Below are positions 49,451 through 60,784 of a DNA stretch of 64,000 nt, in pieces; positions within the stretch are counted from its first letter, which is position 1; every line of letters begins with the position of its first letter. The translations under genes and the position numbers were made by a program. The notes below the pieces were generated by a model that had not been told where the DNA came from, ran no database searches, and saw only the letters and a list, made by a program, of their open reading frames with translations. This stretch comes from Mobula birostris (taxonomy: Eukaryota): positions 28,986,424 through 29,050,423 of the forward strand of contig NC_092398.1 of assembly GCF_030028105.1 (NCBI RefSeq). Reading direction: 5' to 3'.

Positions 49451-52400
49451 ACCCACTGACTTCCTGTAGCGTGTTGTGAGTTTTGCCAAGTGATCGTGCT
49501 TTGTTTTTTAGACCATACAAGAGACACACAATTGTCAGGGATTTACAAAAGTATCTAAACAACTTCAAATTAAAATAGGATTGCTGTTGTCTACAAATCA
49601 CTCGATTCCCTGGGGGGGGGGGGAGTTGGTAGTGCCCCATTCACAGAAATCCCCCGTTGTGCCATAGAGATTGCATGTTAACCTCTCCATGGACACTCCA
49701 GCTCGAATGTAATACTGGAAGAGGTCAGTCGGCTCAAGCAGAGACCTTGACTGCCTGCTGCCTGGAACTGCGCGTGGCCATTTTGGCAAGGCCCAGGATC
49801 GAGCCTACCAAGAGATCCCTGAGTTACAGCCCCCACCCTCCCACGCTGTGGGACTGTGGTTGATGAGCATGGGGTTGAGGTGCAGTCAGACCTTGAGGAG
49901 CAGCTTCTTCGAGCATACAAACAGGAGCTGCAACTTCTCACACTCCATATACATTCAGTGGCCACTTCATAAGGTACACCTGCTCGTTCATACAAATATC
50001 TAATGAGCCAATCATGTCACAGCAACTCAATGCATAGGAGCATGCAGGCATGTTCAAGAGGTTCAGTTGTTCTTCAGAACAACTTCAGAATGGGGAAGAA
50101 ATGTGATCCAAGTGACTTTGACGGTGGAATGAATTCTGGAGCTAGTTGGGATCATTCGAGTATCTCAGAAGCTGCTGAGAAAAGCTTTCCCCACCATTGA
50201 GCACATCTACTTGAAATGCTGTCGTAGGAAAGCAGCATCCATGATTAGGGACTCCCACCACCCAGGACATGCTCTCCTCTCGCTGCTGCCATCATGAAGG
50301 TGGTACAGGAGCCGCAGGATAACTTCACTTGCCCCATCATTGTAAATGCTGACACAACCAATGGACTCATTTTCAAGATTTCTTCATCTCTTGATCTTGG
50401 TATTTATTGCTTATTTATGATCATTTCTTCATTTTAGTATTTGCAGAGTTTGTCATCTTCTGCACAAAGTTCCCCCGAGTTGGTGCGGTCATTCATTAAT
50501 TCTTGTATGGTTATTGTATGCCAGCAAAGGAAAAAATCCCAGGGTTGACATATGGCGTATATGTACTAAATTTACTTTGAAATTTGATCTCTGTTGGATT
50601 TTCATGCACAGCAGTTTACAGAGAATGGTGTGAAAAAGGAAAAAAAAGCCAGTGAGTGTCAGTTCTGTGTCTGAGAACGCCTTGTCAATCAGAGAGTTCA
50701 GAAGGGAATGACCATACTGTTTCAAGCTGACAGGAAGCTGACAGTAATTCAAATAGCCATGCATTACAACAGTGGGGTGCAGAAGACCATCTCTGAACAC
50801 ACAGCATGTCGAACCTTGAAGAGGATGGTCTACAGCAGCAGAAGACCAGAAATATACAAGCGATATCTAATAAAGTGGCCAATGTGTGTATTTTAGTTTT
50901 CTGAACTTGAATCATCATGCTGCTGGATGACAAAGTGTGTTGTACAGATTTTATTTGAAACCACAGACATTCTTCATTCTTCCAAGCAGGTGCGGCAACA
51001 GAAAGATTTTGCTCAGAGGTTAATTGTACCTTAGGATGTAGGATTCGGCACCTCTTGATAACTGCTTTGCAGGCACTGACAACACTGGTCTCCAGCACTG
51101 CAGTTAAACATAGGCAACAAGATGCTGGAAATCCAGAACAACAGACACACACAAAATGGTGGAGAAATTCTGCAGGTTAGATAACATCTATGGAGGAAAA
51201 TAAACAGTTGATGTTTCAGGCTGAGAGCCTTCATCAGGACTGGAAAGGAAAGGGAAAGAATAAGGAGGGGAGAAGAAGAAGCTGCCAGGCCATAGGTGAA
51301 GTCGGAGAAAGGTGGTTGGGTGGAGGAGGCTGGATGAAGTGAGAAGCAGGGAGGTGATAGGTGGAAAAGGAAACAGCTAAAGAAGGAGGAATCTGATAGG
51401 AGAGAATAGTTGACCGTGGAGGGAAGGCAAGGAGAAGGAGCACCAGAGGGAGGTGATGGGCAGGTGAAGATAAGCGAAGAGGTAAGAGAGGAGCCAGATT
51501 GTGGAATATATGAGGAAAAGGTTGAGGAAACAATTTCCTGAAGGTATAAAGTCTAAATTTATGGTATCAGGTTGGAGGTTACCCATAGAGAATATGAGGT
51601 GTTGCTTCTCCAGCCTGAGTCTGACCTCATCATGGGAGTAGAGGAAGTCGTGGACCGACATGTGGGAGTGGGAATCATGATCATCATCATGTGCCATGTC
51701 GTAGGATGCGGATGATCATGGTCATAGGTTCTTGGCAAATTCTACAGAAATAGTTTGCTATTGCTTTCTTCTGGGGAGTTGTTTTACAAAACGAGTGATT
51801 CCAGCCATTATCAATACTCTCCAGAGATTGTCTGCCAGGCTGTTGTCAATTGTCAATGGCCACAAAATCAGGATTTATGCCCCATGAATCTGACAGGGGG
51901 CTAAGCAGGTGCTACACCTTACCCAGGGGTGACCTTCATGCCAGCAGAGGGAAGGAGCACCTTACACCTTTGGTCAACGTATGTGAATAGGAAATCAAAC
52001 TGAAATGGGTTAAACACAAAGTAAAAAGCGGCATTGTGAGGCAGGTGATTTCCAATGCATGCCAGACAAACGAGAACAGAGACGGCAGTCACCAGGTATC
52101 CAAGTACCGGCAAGTTGTGAATTTGACAGTTCGATTTCAAGCTTCTGTCGTGCATTCAGAGGCAGGCCTCGGCATCTGGCCAAGTTCTTCACACAGACAG
52201 TCGTCCTCACCGTGTGAGCAGAGTTCTGAGAAGAAAAGAGAAGAGGGATAATGAAGATATGGACTGTGTAATAATTAAGACAGCACCAGTCAGCAGCAGT
52301 ATGTAACATTTCAGGATATAATGCTGCTGCTTTATAATGGATTAGGCAATCTGCATTTGGAGCATCGCGAGCAGTTTTGGACCTAAGCTAAGAATGGATG

Positions 52401-52571
52401 TACTGACAGTGGAGTGGTTCCAGAGGAGGTTCATGAGAATGATCCTGGAAATGAAAGGGATAAAGTATGATGAGCAGTTGACAGCTCTGGGTCTATACTC
52501 ACTGAAGTTTAGAACAATGGCGAGTGGGATGTCATCAAAACCTACTAAATATTGAAAGGCCTGGTTAGAAT

Positions 52572-52789
52572 CGCCAGCTGGTGGCGTAGTGGCATCAGCG
52601 CCGGACTTCGGAGCGAAGGCTCCCGAGTTCGAATCCAGCCGACTCCCTTGCTCGCTTTCCATCCATGCTGGGTTGAGCATCGAGCTAGCAACTCGGCCTC
52701 GTAAAAACGAGAAAGCCTGCTAAGAAAACGCCATCATGACTGAGTCCCAATGACTCCACTCGGAGTCAAGGGGTTTCTTCTTTCTTCTT
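52572..52789 (+). mobile_element. Young tRNA-derived SINE with an 11-bp TSD, inserted into CR1
   Basis: A box TGGCGTAGTGG, B box GTTCGAATCC, (TTC)n tail; ctggttagaat at 52561-52571 and 52790-52800. Confidence 0.85.
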
Positions 52790-54714
52790 CTGGTTAGAAT
52801 GGATGTGGAGATGTTTCCTATTGTGGGGGAGTCTAGGACCAGAGGGCACAGAATCCGAGTGGAGGGATGTCCCTTTAGAACAGAGATGAGGAGGAATTTC
52901 TTTAGCCAGGGGGTTGTGAGTCTGTGGAATTCATTGCTACAGGTGGCTGTGGAGGAGAAGTCATTGCTTATATTTAAAGTTGAGCTTGGAAGGAAGGAAG
53001 TTGACATTCCTTCCTGAACTTGATGAGTTCTTGATTAGTAAGGGCGACAAAGGTTATGGGGAGAAGTTAGAAGAATGAAGTTGAAAGGAGGATAAATCAG
53101 CCATGATGGAATGGCGAAATAGACATGATGGGCTGAATGGCCTAATTATGATCCTATGTCTAATAGTTACGTCCTCCTGACCCCAGGTTCCTGTGTGCAT
53201 AGTGCACCCTAGTTAACTTTTCTGATGTTTACCAGACATAAAATGGGGTGTATGAGATGTCCAGGGGCGGGGTGCAGTGGGGGGTAGCACTGCTGGTGAA
53301 GAAGCTTGTCGTGTCCATTCTGGGGCAGCTCAGTCACACTGGTCCCCGCCTGACACTCAGCTTTCACATGCAGCTCCAAGTAGCTGTATAGGTGTGACAG
53401 CGGCCACACCCCAGTACATTGCTTCGATGGACAGGTTAAACCAGGAGAGGGTAGCCGGCGGCCTTATACCACAGTGAGATAGGAACATGCCCATCCGAAC
53501 GTGCGAAGAGATGCGGAATGAGTGGATGAGGTCAACAGTGAGATTCAACAGCCACACTTCATTGAGAGGTACAGAAGAAGTCATGGTCGTCTACTGCAAT
53601 GAAGGAAGACGTCAGTTATGACAACTACTCATACCACTGGTCCTGGACCTTCAAATTTCAGAGAGTGGTTCTGCCCCAGTGCAGCAGTATTTCCACTTTA
53701 AAAACTGTCCAGCACTGGTTTCAAACTCATTATCAGATATCCAATCAATCATCCAGAAACAAGGCAAACAAGAGAAAATCTCTAGATGCTGGAAGTCCAA
53801 GCAACACACATAAAATGCTGAAGGAACTCAGCAGGCCAGGCAGTGTCAATGGAAGAGAGTAAAGGGTTGATGTTTTGGGCTAAGACCCTTTAGCAGGACT
53901 GGAGAAAAAAAGATGAGGAGTAGAGTTCTGGGGGGTCCTGTTGAAGGGTCTCAGCCCAAAATGTTGATTCTTTTCCATAGATGCTGCCTGTCCTGCTGAG
54001 TTCCTCCAGCATTTTGTGTGTGCTGTCCAGGTACAAGGTATTACTGACACTGGTGAAGTGATTGCACAGCAAAGAATTTGCACTGACTCCAATATGCTGA
54101 CTTAATGTCACTTTCCCCCATTTCAGACATGAATAATTGTTACTCTTGATGACATGGCTGTGGACAGCACAGTAGGTTGTTGTAGGTTACAACAGGACAT
54201 TGGCAGAATGCAGAGCTGGACCCAGAAAACTGAAAAGATTCACATTGGAAGGTTGATCTTGAAGTCAGAGTACAGGGTTAATGGCGGTATTCTCAGCAGT
54301 GTGGAGGACAGAGGGATCTTTGGTCCATGTTGCCAGTCACCTCAACGTTGCTATGCAAGTTGAAATTGTGGTTAAGAAGACATATGGTATGTTGGCCTTC
54401 ATTAGTCGAGGGATTGAGTTCAAGAGCTGACAGGTAATGATGCAGTTCTACAAAACCCTGGTTATACCACACTTGGAACAGGTTGTTCAGCCCAGGTCTC
54501 CTCATTATAGGAACGATGAAGAAGCTTCAGAGAGAGTGCAGAGCAGATTTACCAGGATGCTGCCTAGATTGGGGAGCATGTCTTATGAGAATAGGTTGAG
54601 TAAGTCAGAGCAAAGGAGGATGAGAGGCTACTTGAAAAAAAGGTGTATAAGAGGCAATGATTGAATGGATAGCCAGAGCCTTTTTCCCAGGGCAGTAATG
54701 TCTAATGCGACCCA

Positions 54715-55690
54715 TCTTCCCTACTCTAAACAGCACTAAGAGAATCTCAATAACTATGTCAGATCGAGCTTTTGATTTACTCCCTTTTATAGACTATGAA
54801 GTAGCAGCAGAATCCGAACAGATGATAACCCTGCATGGTCAAGAGTCTTCTATCCACCATGAGGCCCAGAGGATTGCTTATAATTCTGTTGCAAAGCAAG
54901 TAACACCATCTGAAACCACGTGACCAATCTTAACTCCAAGTTGAGATGCATACATCCCAAATCCTGCCCTACTGCTCTCTGGGTCCACTGAACCATCAGT
55001 AAAAATCTTCAGCTAAGATCCCCATTTATTATTTAAACATACATTTGTAATCAACGCTAATCAAATTGCACTGCTTCCTTGAAGCTGAAGAAGGAGGATT
55101 ATGTCCACTTCTGGTTCTGGAAAGAGCCAAAAAGGGACGGGTGGCAAGAAAATTTGATCAACTATGTCTTCCTCAGTCAGTTTCAATTTCACAGCCCAGT
55201 TAGTAACCAAATCTAAAAGTGGGTATCTTTTAATTTTACTTCGGTGCTCTGACTTCCCCTGCAAAAGACACTTTGATGGACAGCAGTGATTGAATCCATT
55301 TAGTTTTACCCAATACTTCAGGCCCAACTGAATTTGTCTTAAATGCAGAGGCAGTTCTCCCATCTCCACACATAATGCCGGGACTGATGTTGTTCTAAAA
55401 GCTCCACAACAGAGTCTAAGTGCTTTGCTTTAAACACAGTGTCTAGTTTTCCAAGCACTGCCATAGCAGCTTGAACCATAAGCAATACAACCATAATCTA
55501 TAACATCGAATCATAGCTAGATATATTAAGTACATAGTTTCCCGCCCTGCTCTGCAGTCGCATCCAGCAATACTTCTCATAACATTTAAAACTTTCTCAC
55601 ACTTTTTGGGACAAGATTGAGGAGTCAGGGTATTTATAAAGCTTTGAAATTTGTATCACCTGGCCTTACCTAACAATGACTGTGAACAAG
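54715..55690 (-). mobile_element. I/Nimb-clade LINE fragment with RNase H
   Basis: RT C-terminus (DYGCIAYGS…ALRLCCGAFRTTSVPALCVEMGELPLHLR) followed by RNase H motifs LKIFTDGS…AILWA…IICSDS. Confidence 0.75.
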
Positions 55691-56652
55691 CCATAGCCCT
55701 AACAAGCTAATTAAGGTCTGAGACCTTGGCAAAAGTTATCTGAGAGCTCAAATCTCTTGGGGTGCCCAAACTTTGGCATGGTGCTCCTTTCCTTTTCTCC
55801 ACTCTGATATTCTACAAAACAAAAATAATACACTGACCTTGCTTAAAGTGTTGAAAAGAATGTTTCATTTTTAACTTTATGACTTTTGGAGATTAGTTCA
55901 TCTTCTACTCACTTAACTATTCACAGTAACAGAAATTTTGACTGGGGTGCCCAAACTTTTGCATGCCTCTGTATGTTTTTATTTGCACAATTAGTCTTCT
56001 TTTGCACATTGGTTGTTGATCAGTTTTTGATTATGTATAGTCTTCATAAATTTGATTGTAATTATTTTCCTGTAAATGCCCAGAAGAAGATGAATCTCAA
56101 GGCAATATTTGATGGCATATATGTACTTGGATGCTATATTTAAATCACAATTCATAGAAGCAGAATTAGGGCATTTGGCCTATTGAGTCTGTGCTGGCCA
56201 TTTCATTGCAGCTGATTTATTATTCATCTCAAACCCATTCTCCTGCCTTCTCCCCATGATCTTTGTTGCCCTTACTAAACTTTAATTTTAACAAGGTGTA
56301 ATTAAAATTACTAATTTACTCTGACTTTGGTGGATACACTGCTCAGAAGAGGCCACATGTAAATGGTATGCACAGCATGGAAGAAACGATCAAGATACTG
56401 ATTTGATGACACGATCAATTTAGAAAGAGACATCTACTAATCATATCGTATTTCCTGCCTATAATTTGAATGAATAAAGGTATGTTTTCGAAACAAAGAA
56501 AAGTACAGCTCAGAAACAGGCCATTCCGCCCACATTTGTACTAATCATGATACCAAATTACACGATCTCCCTTTAGTCTTCATTCACTGGCCACTTTATT
56601 AGGTACACCGGTAAACCTGCTTGTTAATCCAAATATTTAATCAGTCAATCAT

Positions 56653-58538
56653 TCTTTCTTTCCTTTCAAATCTTTTTATTGTATATATAGGAAAAATAAC
56701 ATGAGTACATCGAAGTAACAACACTTACAATGCCTCAGAAAAAAACCCCATCACCTTAAAGATTGAAAACAAAATTTTGTGAAAACAAAAAAATCTACTG
56801 AGCAGAAAAGTGAGAAAAAAAAGAGAACCTATTAAGTGTACAACCCCGGAGCCATGCGTCATACAAAAAGCTTCTAAAAACAAACATCAAACCGCCAGCA
56901 AGAAAAGAAAATATACTAAAAAAAATTACAATTAGATCGTGGAAATATTATATCACTTAACTCAAATGATAATAACGAGCAAATGAGCCCCATCTTTTCT
57001 CAAGATCAAATAAAGGTTCAAAGGTTCGACTTCTAATTTTCTCCAAACTAAGACATAGCATCACCTGAGAGAACCATTGTGACAAAGTGGGAGCTGATGT
57101 ATCCTTCCACTTCAACAAAATGGTCCTCCTAGCTATCAATGTAACAAATGCAATAACATGTTGGTCAGACACAGAAATACCATGAATATTTTCAGGAACT
57201 ATTCTAAAAAGCGCAGTTAATTTATTGGGTTGTAAATTAATTTTAAGTGCTTTAGAAAATGTTGAGAAAACCGACTTCCAGAACTGTTCCAATATAGAAC
57301 AAGACCAAAAGATATGTGTCAGTGTAGCTATCTCAGTTTTACATCTATCAAAATGACTATCAACATTAGAAAAGATTTTAGAAAGTTTCTCCTTTGTCAA
57401 ATGATAACGATGTACAATTTTAAATCGAGTCAATGAATGGCTAGCACAAATTGAAGAAGAGTTAACCAACTTCAATAGCCGCATCCAATCCTCCATCATA
57501 AAAGTCAAATTAAGTTCCTATTCCCAAACCTGTTTAATCTTAGACAAAGGACACTTATCCCATTGTAATAATAAATTATAAATTCTTCCAATAGAACCCT
57601 TAATCAAAGGATTCATACTCATAATAGTATCTAACAGGTCAGCCTCCAATATGTAAGGGAAAGTACTTAAATATTTTTGTAAAAAATGTCTAACTTGAAG
57701 GTATTGCAGAAAGTGTGAGTATGAAAGAGAATATTTATCAATTAATTGTTAAAAGGACATCAATCTATCTTCTTTAAATAAATCTATGAAAGAATTAATA
57801 CCTTTATTTTCCCATGGTAGAAAAATTGGATCACTCAAAGGCGGCTTAAAAAAGTAATTTCGGTAAATTAAACTACAAAGTTTAAGTTTTTTAAGATTAA
57901 AAGAATTGCGGAACTGGGGCCAAATTTGTAAAGAATACTTAATCACAGGATATAGGTTTAAATTAACAACTTCACCTAATTGCATAGGTAAAGGAGCCCC
58001 CAATAAAGAGGTTAAATAAAACTGTTTGACACATTTTAGTTCCAGGTCTACCCAAATTGGCCAATCACTCTTATCAACCCAATATAACCAAAAAGACATA
58101 TATCACAGCTTAACAGCCCAATAATACATTCTAAAATTAGGCAAAGCAAGACCACCATCCTTTTTCAATTTTTGTAAATGACATTTACTAATTCTTGGTC
58201 TTTTATTATTCCAAATAAAAGATAAAATAATAGAATCAATCTGATCAAAAAACTGCCTAGTCAAAAAAACAGGAATATTCTAAAATAAATATAAAAATTT
58301 CAGTAGAATCATCATCTTAACTATATGAATACGACCAACAAGTGAAAATGTAAGTCAAATCCATCTACTAAATAAATACTTCATAGAGTCTACTGAGGGA
58401 ACAGAATTAGCTTTATTAAGATCCTTATATTAATTTTAGTAAAAGTGAATTGTTTCCTTTAAATGATTCTGTTTCTATATATAATAATACTCTTTTTAAA
58501 GTTTCAGACTCTCTTTAGATATTTAGGTATTATGATTA
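56653..58538 (-). mobile_element. 5'-truncated L1-clade LINE with a 16-bp TSD
   Basis: ORF2 C-terminus (…RCKTEIATLTHIFWSC…), AATAAA plus A-rich tail at the left end; TSD ttaatcag(t/c)caatcat at 56637-56652 and 58539-58554. Confidence 0.85.
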
Positions 58539-60556
58539 TTAATCAGCCAATCATGTGGCAACTTCAAGCATAAAAGCATGCAAACGTGGTCAAGGAGTTC
58601 AGTTGTTGTTCAGTCCAAACATCAGAATGGGGAAGAAATATGATCCAAGTAACTCTGACCACAGACCAGACAGAGTGGTTTGAATAGAGAATGAACTGCT
58701 GATCTCCTGGGATTTTCACGGACAACAGTTCCTAGAGTTTACAGAGAGCGATGCAAGGACAAAAATAACATCCAGTGGAGCAGATCTGATGGGCTGAGTG
58801 GCCTAATTGTACTCCGATGTCTTACGTCCTATCTCTGAAGGTTAAAACTATTTAATCCACACCTTTGGGGCCTGAGTGGTGCTGACTACACAAAATGTCT
58901 CCTTTAGACTTAATGACTGGTCTTGGCCCGAAATGTCAACTGTTTATTCCCCTCCATAGACGCTGCCTGACCTACCGAATTTTTGCAGCATTGTGTGTAT
59001 GTGACTGTGTGCGTTGCTCTGGATTTCCACCAACTGCAGAATCTTCTGTGTTTCAAAACTGTCCTCTGGTCATTCGCCACTGACCAGGGGAACGGTTCTT
59101 TCAGACACTCCCAAATCATATGAGGGTTCCAAAAACAGTTGGTAACCCGAAGTTTCAGTGAAATTGAAATACCAACGGCCGAAATATCAAAAGTTACATT
59201 GTGAGGTTAATTAGCTACAGGTTAGTGCAGATCAGAAGCAGGTTTAATATTAATAGAAACATCTAATCAGCCAATCATGTGGCAGAAATTCAACGCATGC
59301 GGGCATAGTCAAGAGGTACATTTGTTGTTCAGACCGAGCATCAGAGAGGGGAAGAAAGGCGATCTAAGTGACTTTGACTGTGGAATGATTGTTGGTGCCA
59401 GATCGGGTGGTTTGATTATCACAGTAACTGCTGCTCTCCAGGGATTTTCACATACAACAGTCTCTAGAGTTTACAGACAATGGTGCGAGGAACAACAGAG
59501 GGGCAGTTCTGAGGGTGAAAACAATTTGTTGATGGGAGGGGTCAGAGGAGAATAACTAGACTGGTTCAAGCTGACAGGAAGGCGACACTAACTCAAATAA
59601 CCACACGTTATAACCGTGGTGTGCAGGAGAGCATCTCTGAACACACAACATGTCAAACTTTGAAATTGATGGGCTGCAGCAGCAGACCATGAACATAAAC
59701 TTTATTATGTTCCTCATGCACCCTTAATAAAGCGGCCACTGAGGGAATAATGGCTCCACTTCTTGCCTTTTCACTCATCTGCCAAAATGGTCTTAAACAT
59801 TGCTTTCATATCTGGTTCCACCACCTCCTCTGGTACCCCAGGTTCTGACCACTCTGTGTACAACAGTTCTCCTCACAACTCTCCGTACATTTTTCCTCTC
59901 TCATCTGGAATCTGCACCATCGGACATTTAATAAACACAAGGGGTTCTGCAGATACTGGAAAATCCAGAGCAACACACACAAAATGCAGGAGGAACTTAG
60001 CAGGCGAGGCAGCAAAGATGGAAGGGAATAAACAGTCAATGTTTCAGGTCAAGAACCTTCGTCAGGACTGGATTGGAAGGGGACAGAAGTCAGAGTAAAG
60101 CGTGAGGAGGGAAAGGAATACATGCTGGCAGATTACAGTGAATAGCATCGATTTCTCTAACTTCTGGTAATTTCTCTCCCCTTCCCATCTTATCTTTATC
60201 CATTCCCCATTCGGCATATCCATTACCCCTTCACTTCTCCTTACTGCCCAGCGCCTCCCTATGGCGTCCCTCCACCTTCCCTTTCTCCAAGATCTACTCT
60301 CCTCTCCTTTTAGATTAGTTGAGTGTTGGGAGCTGATGGGAATGTCTCTAGCATGTAGGTGTGTGTGTGGGGGGGGTGGAGTTTATTTGGGCTAATGGGA
60401 ATGTCGGAAGAACAACGGTGGAAAAATGTAAATGGATATTTGATGGTCAGTGTAAACCAGTGGTTTGTTTCTGTCTTGAATTGTTTCTTGCTCCCTGGCC
60501 TGCCCTTGTATTCTACCACTCTTAGTGTAGAATTTGCTGTGGTAACCCATGCTGAA

Positions 60557-60603
60557 TCACTGGGTCTCAGATGACCAGACTGGGTATTTGGCCAACTGGG
60601 TAT
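60557..60603 (-). CDS. WB: WB-like cytoplasmic-tail exon (short form)
   Basis: After a 79-nt intron (acceptor ...aaaaaagccacag; an in-frame AG also lies 6 nt upstream) it reads DTQLAKYPVWSSETQ*. Minus-strand AATAAA at 60382-60387. Confidence 0.6.
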
Positions 60604-60682
60604 CTGTGGCTTTTTTAAAAATGAAGTGTATGAACAAAAAAATGTCCCCCGGACTGATGAGTACATACAAAAATATTCCTAC

Positions 60683-60784
60683 CTTTCCACCTGATCATTC
60701 CTCCGGACACTGCAGTCAGAATGCCAATTATTCCAGCGATTATTCCAATCACATATCCATAGACTGGATAGGTATTCTTGGGAA
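60683..60784 (-). CDS. WB: WB-like connecting peptide/transmembrane exon
   Basis: ttactgattttcctag acceptor, G|gtagga donor, 102 nt, phase 1-1: VPKNTYPVYGYVIGIIAGIIGILTAVSGGMIRWK; in frame with exon 63674-63955. Confidence 0.85.

Noticed and set aside
52575-52650. tRNA gene (Arg-TCG-like)
   Set aside because: No proper acceptor stem; it continues into a SINE body flanked by a TSD.
53635-53648. 14-nt micro-exon candidate on - (gaag|GTCCAGGACCAGTG|gtatga)
   Set aside because: Poor pyrimidine tract, and the resulting tail frame is less convincing; no independent support.
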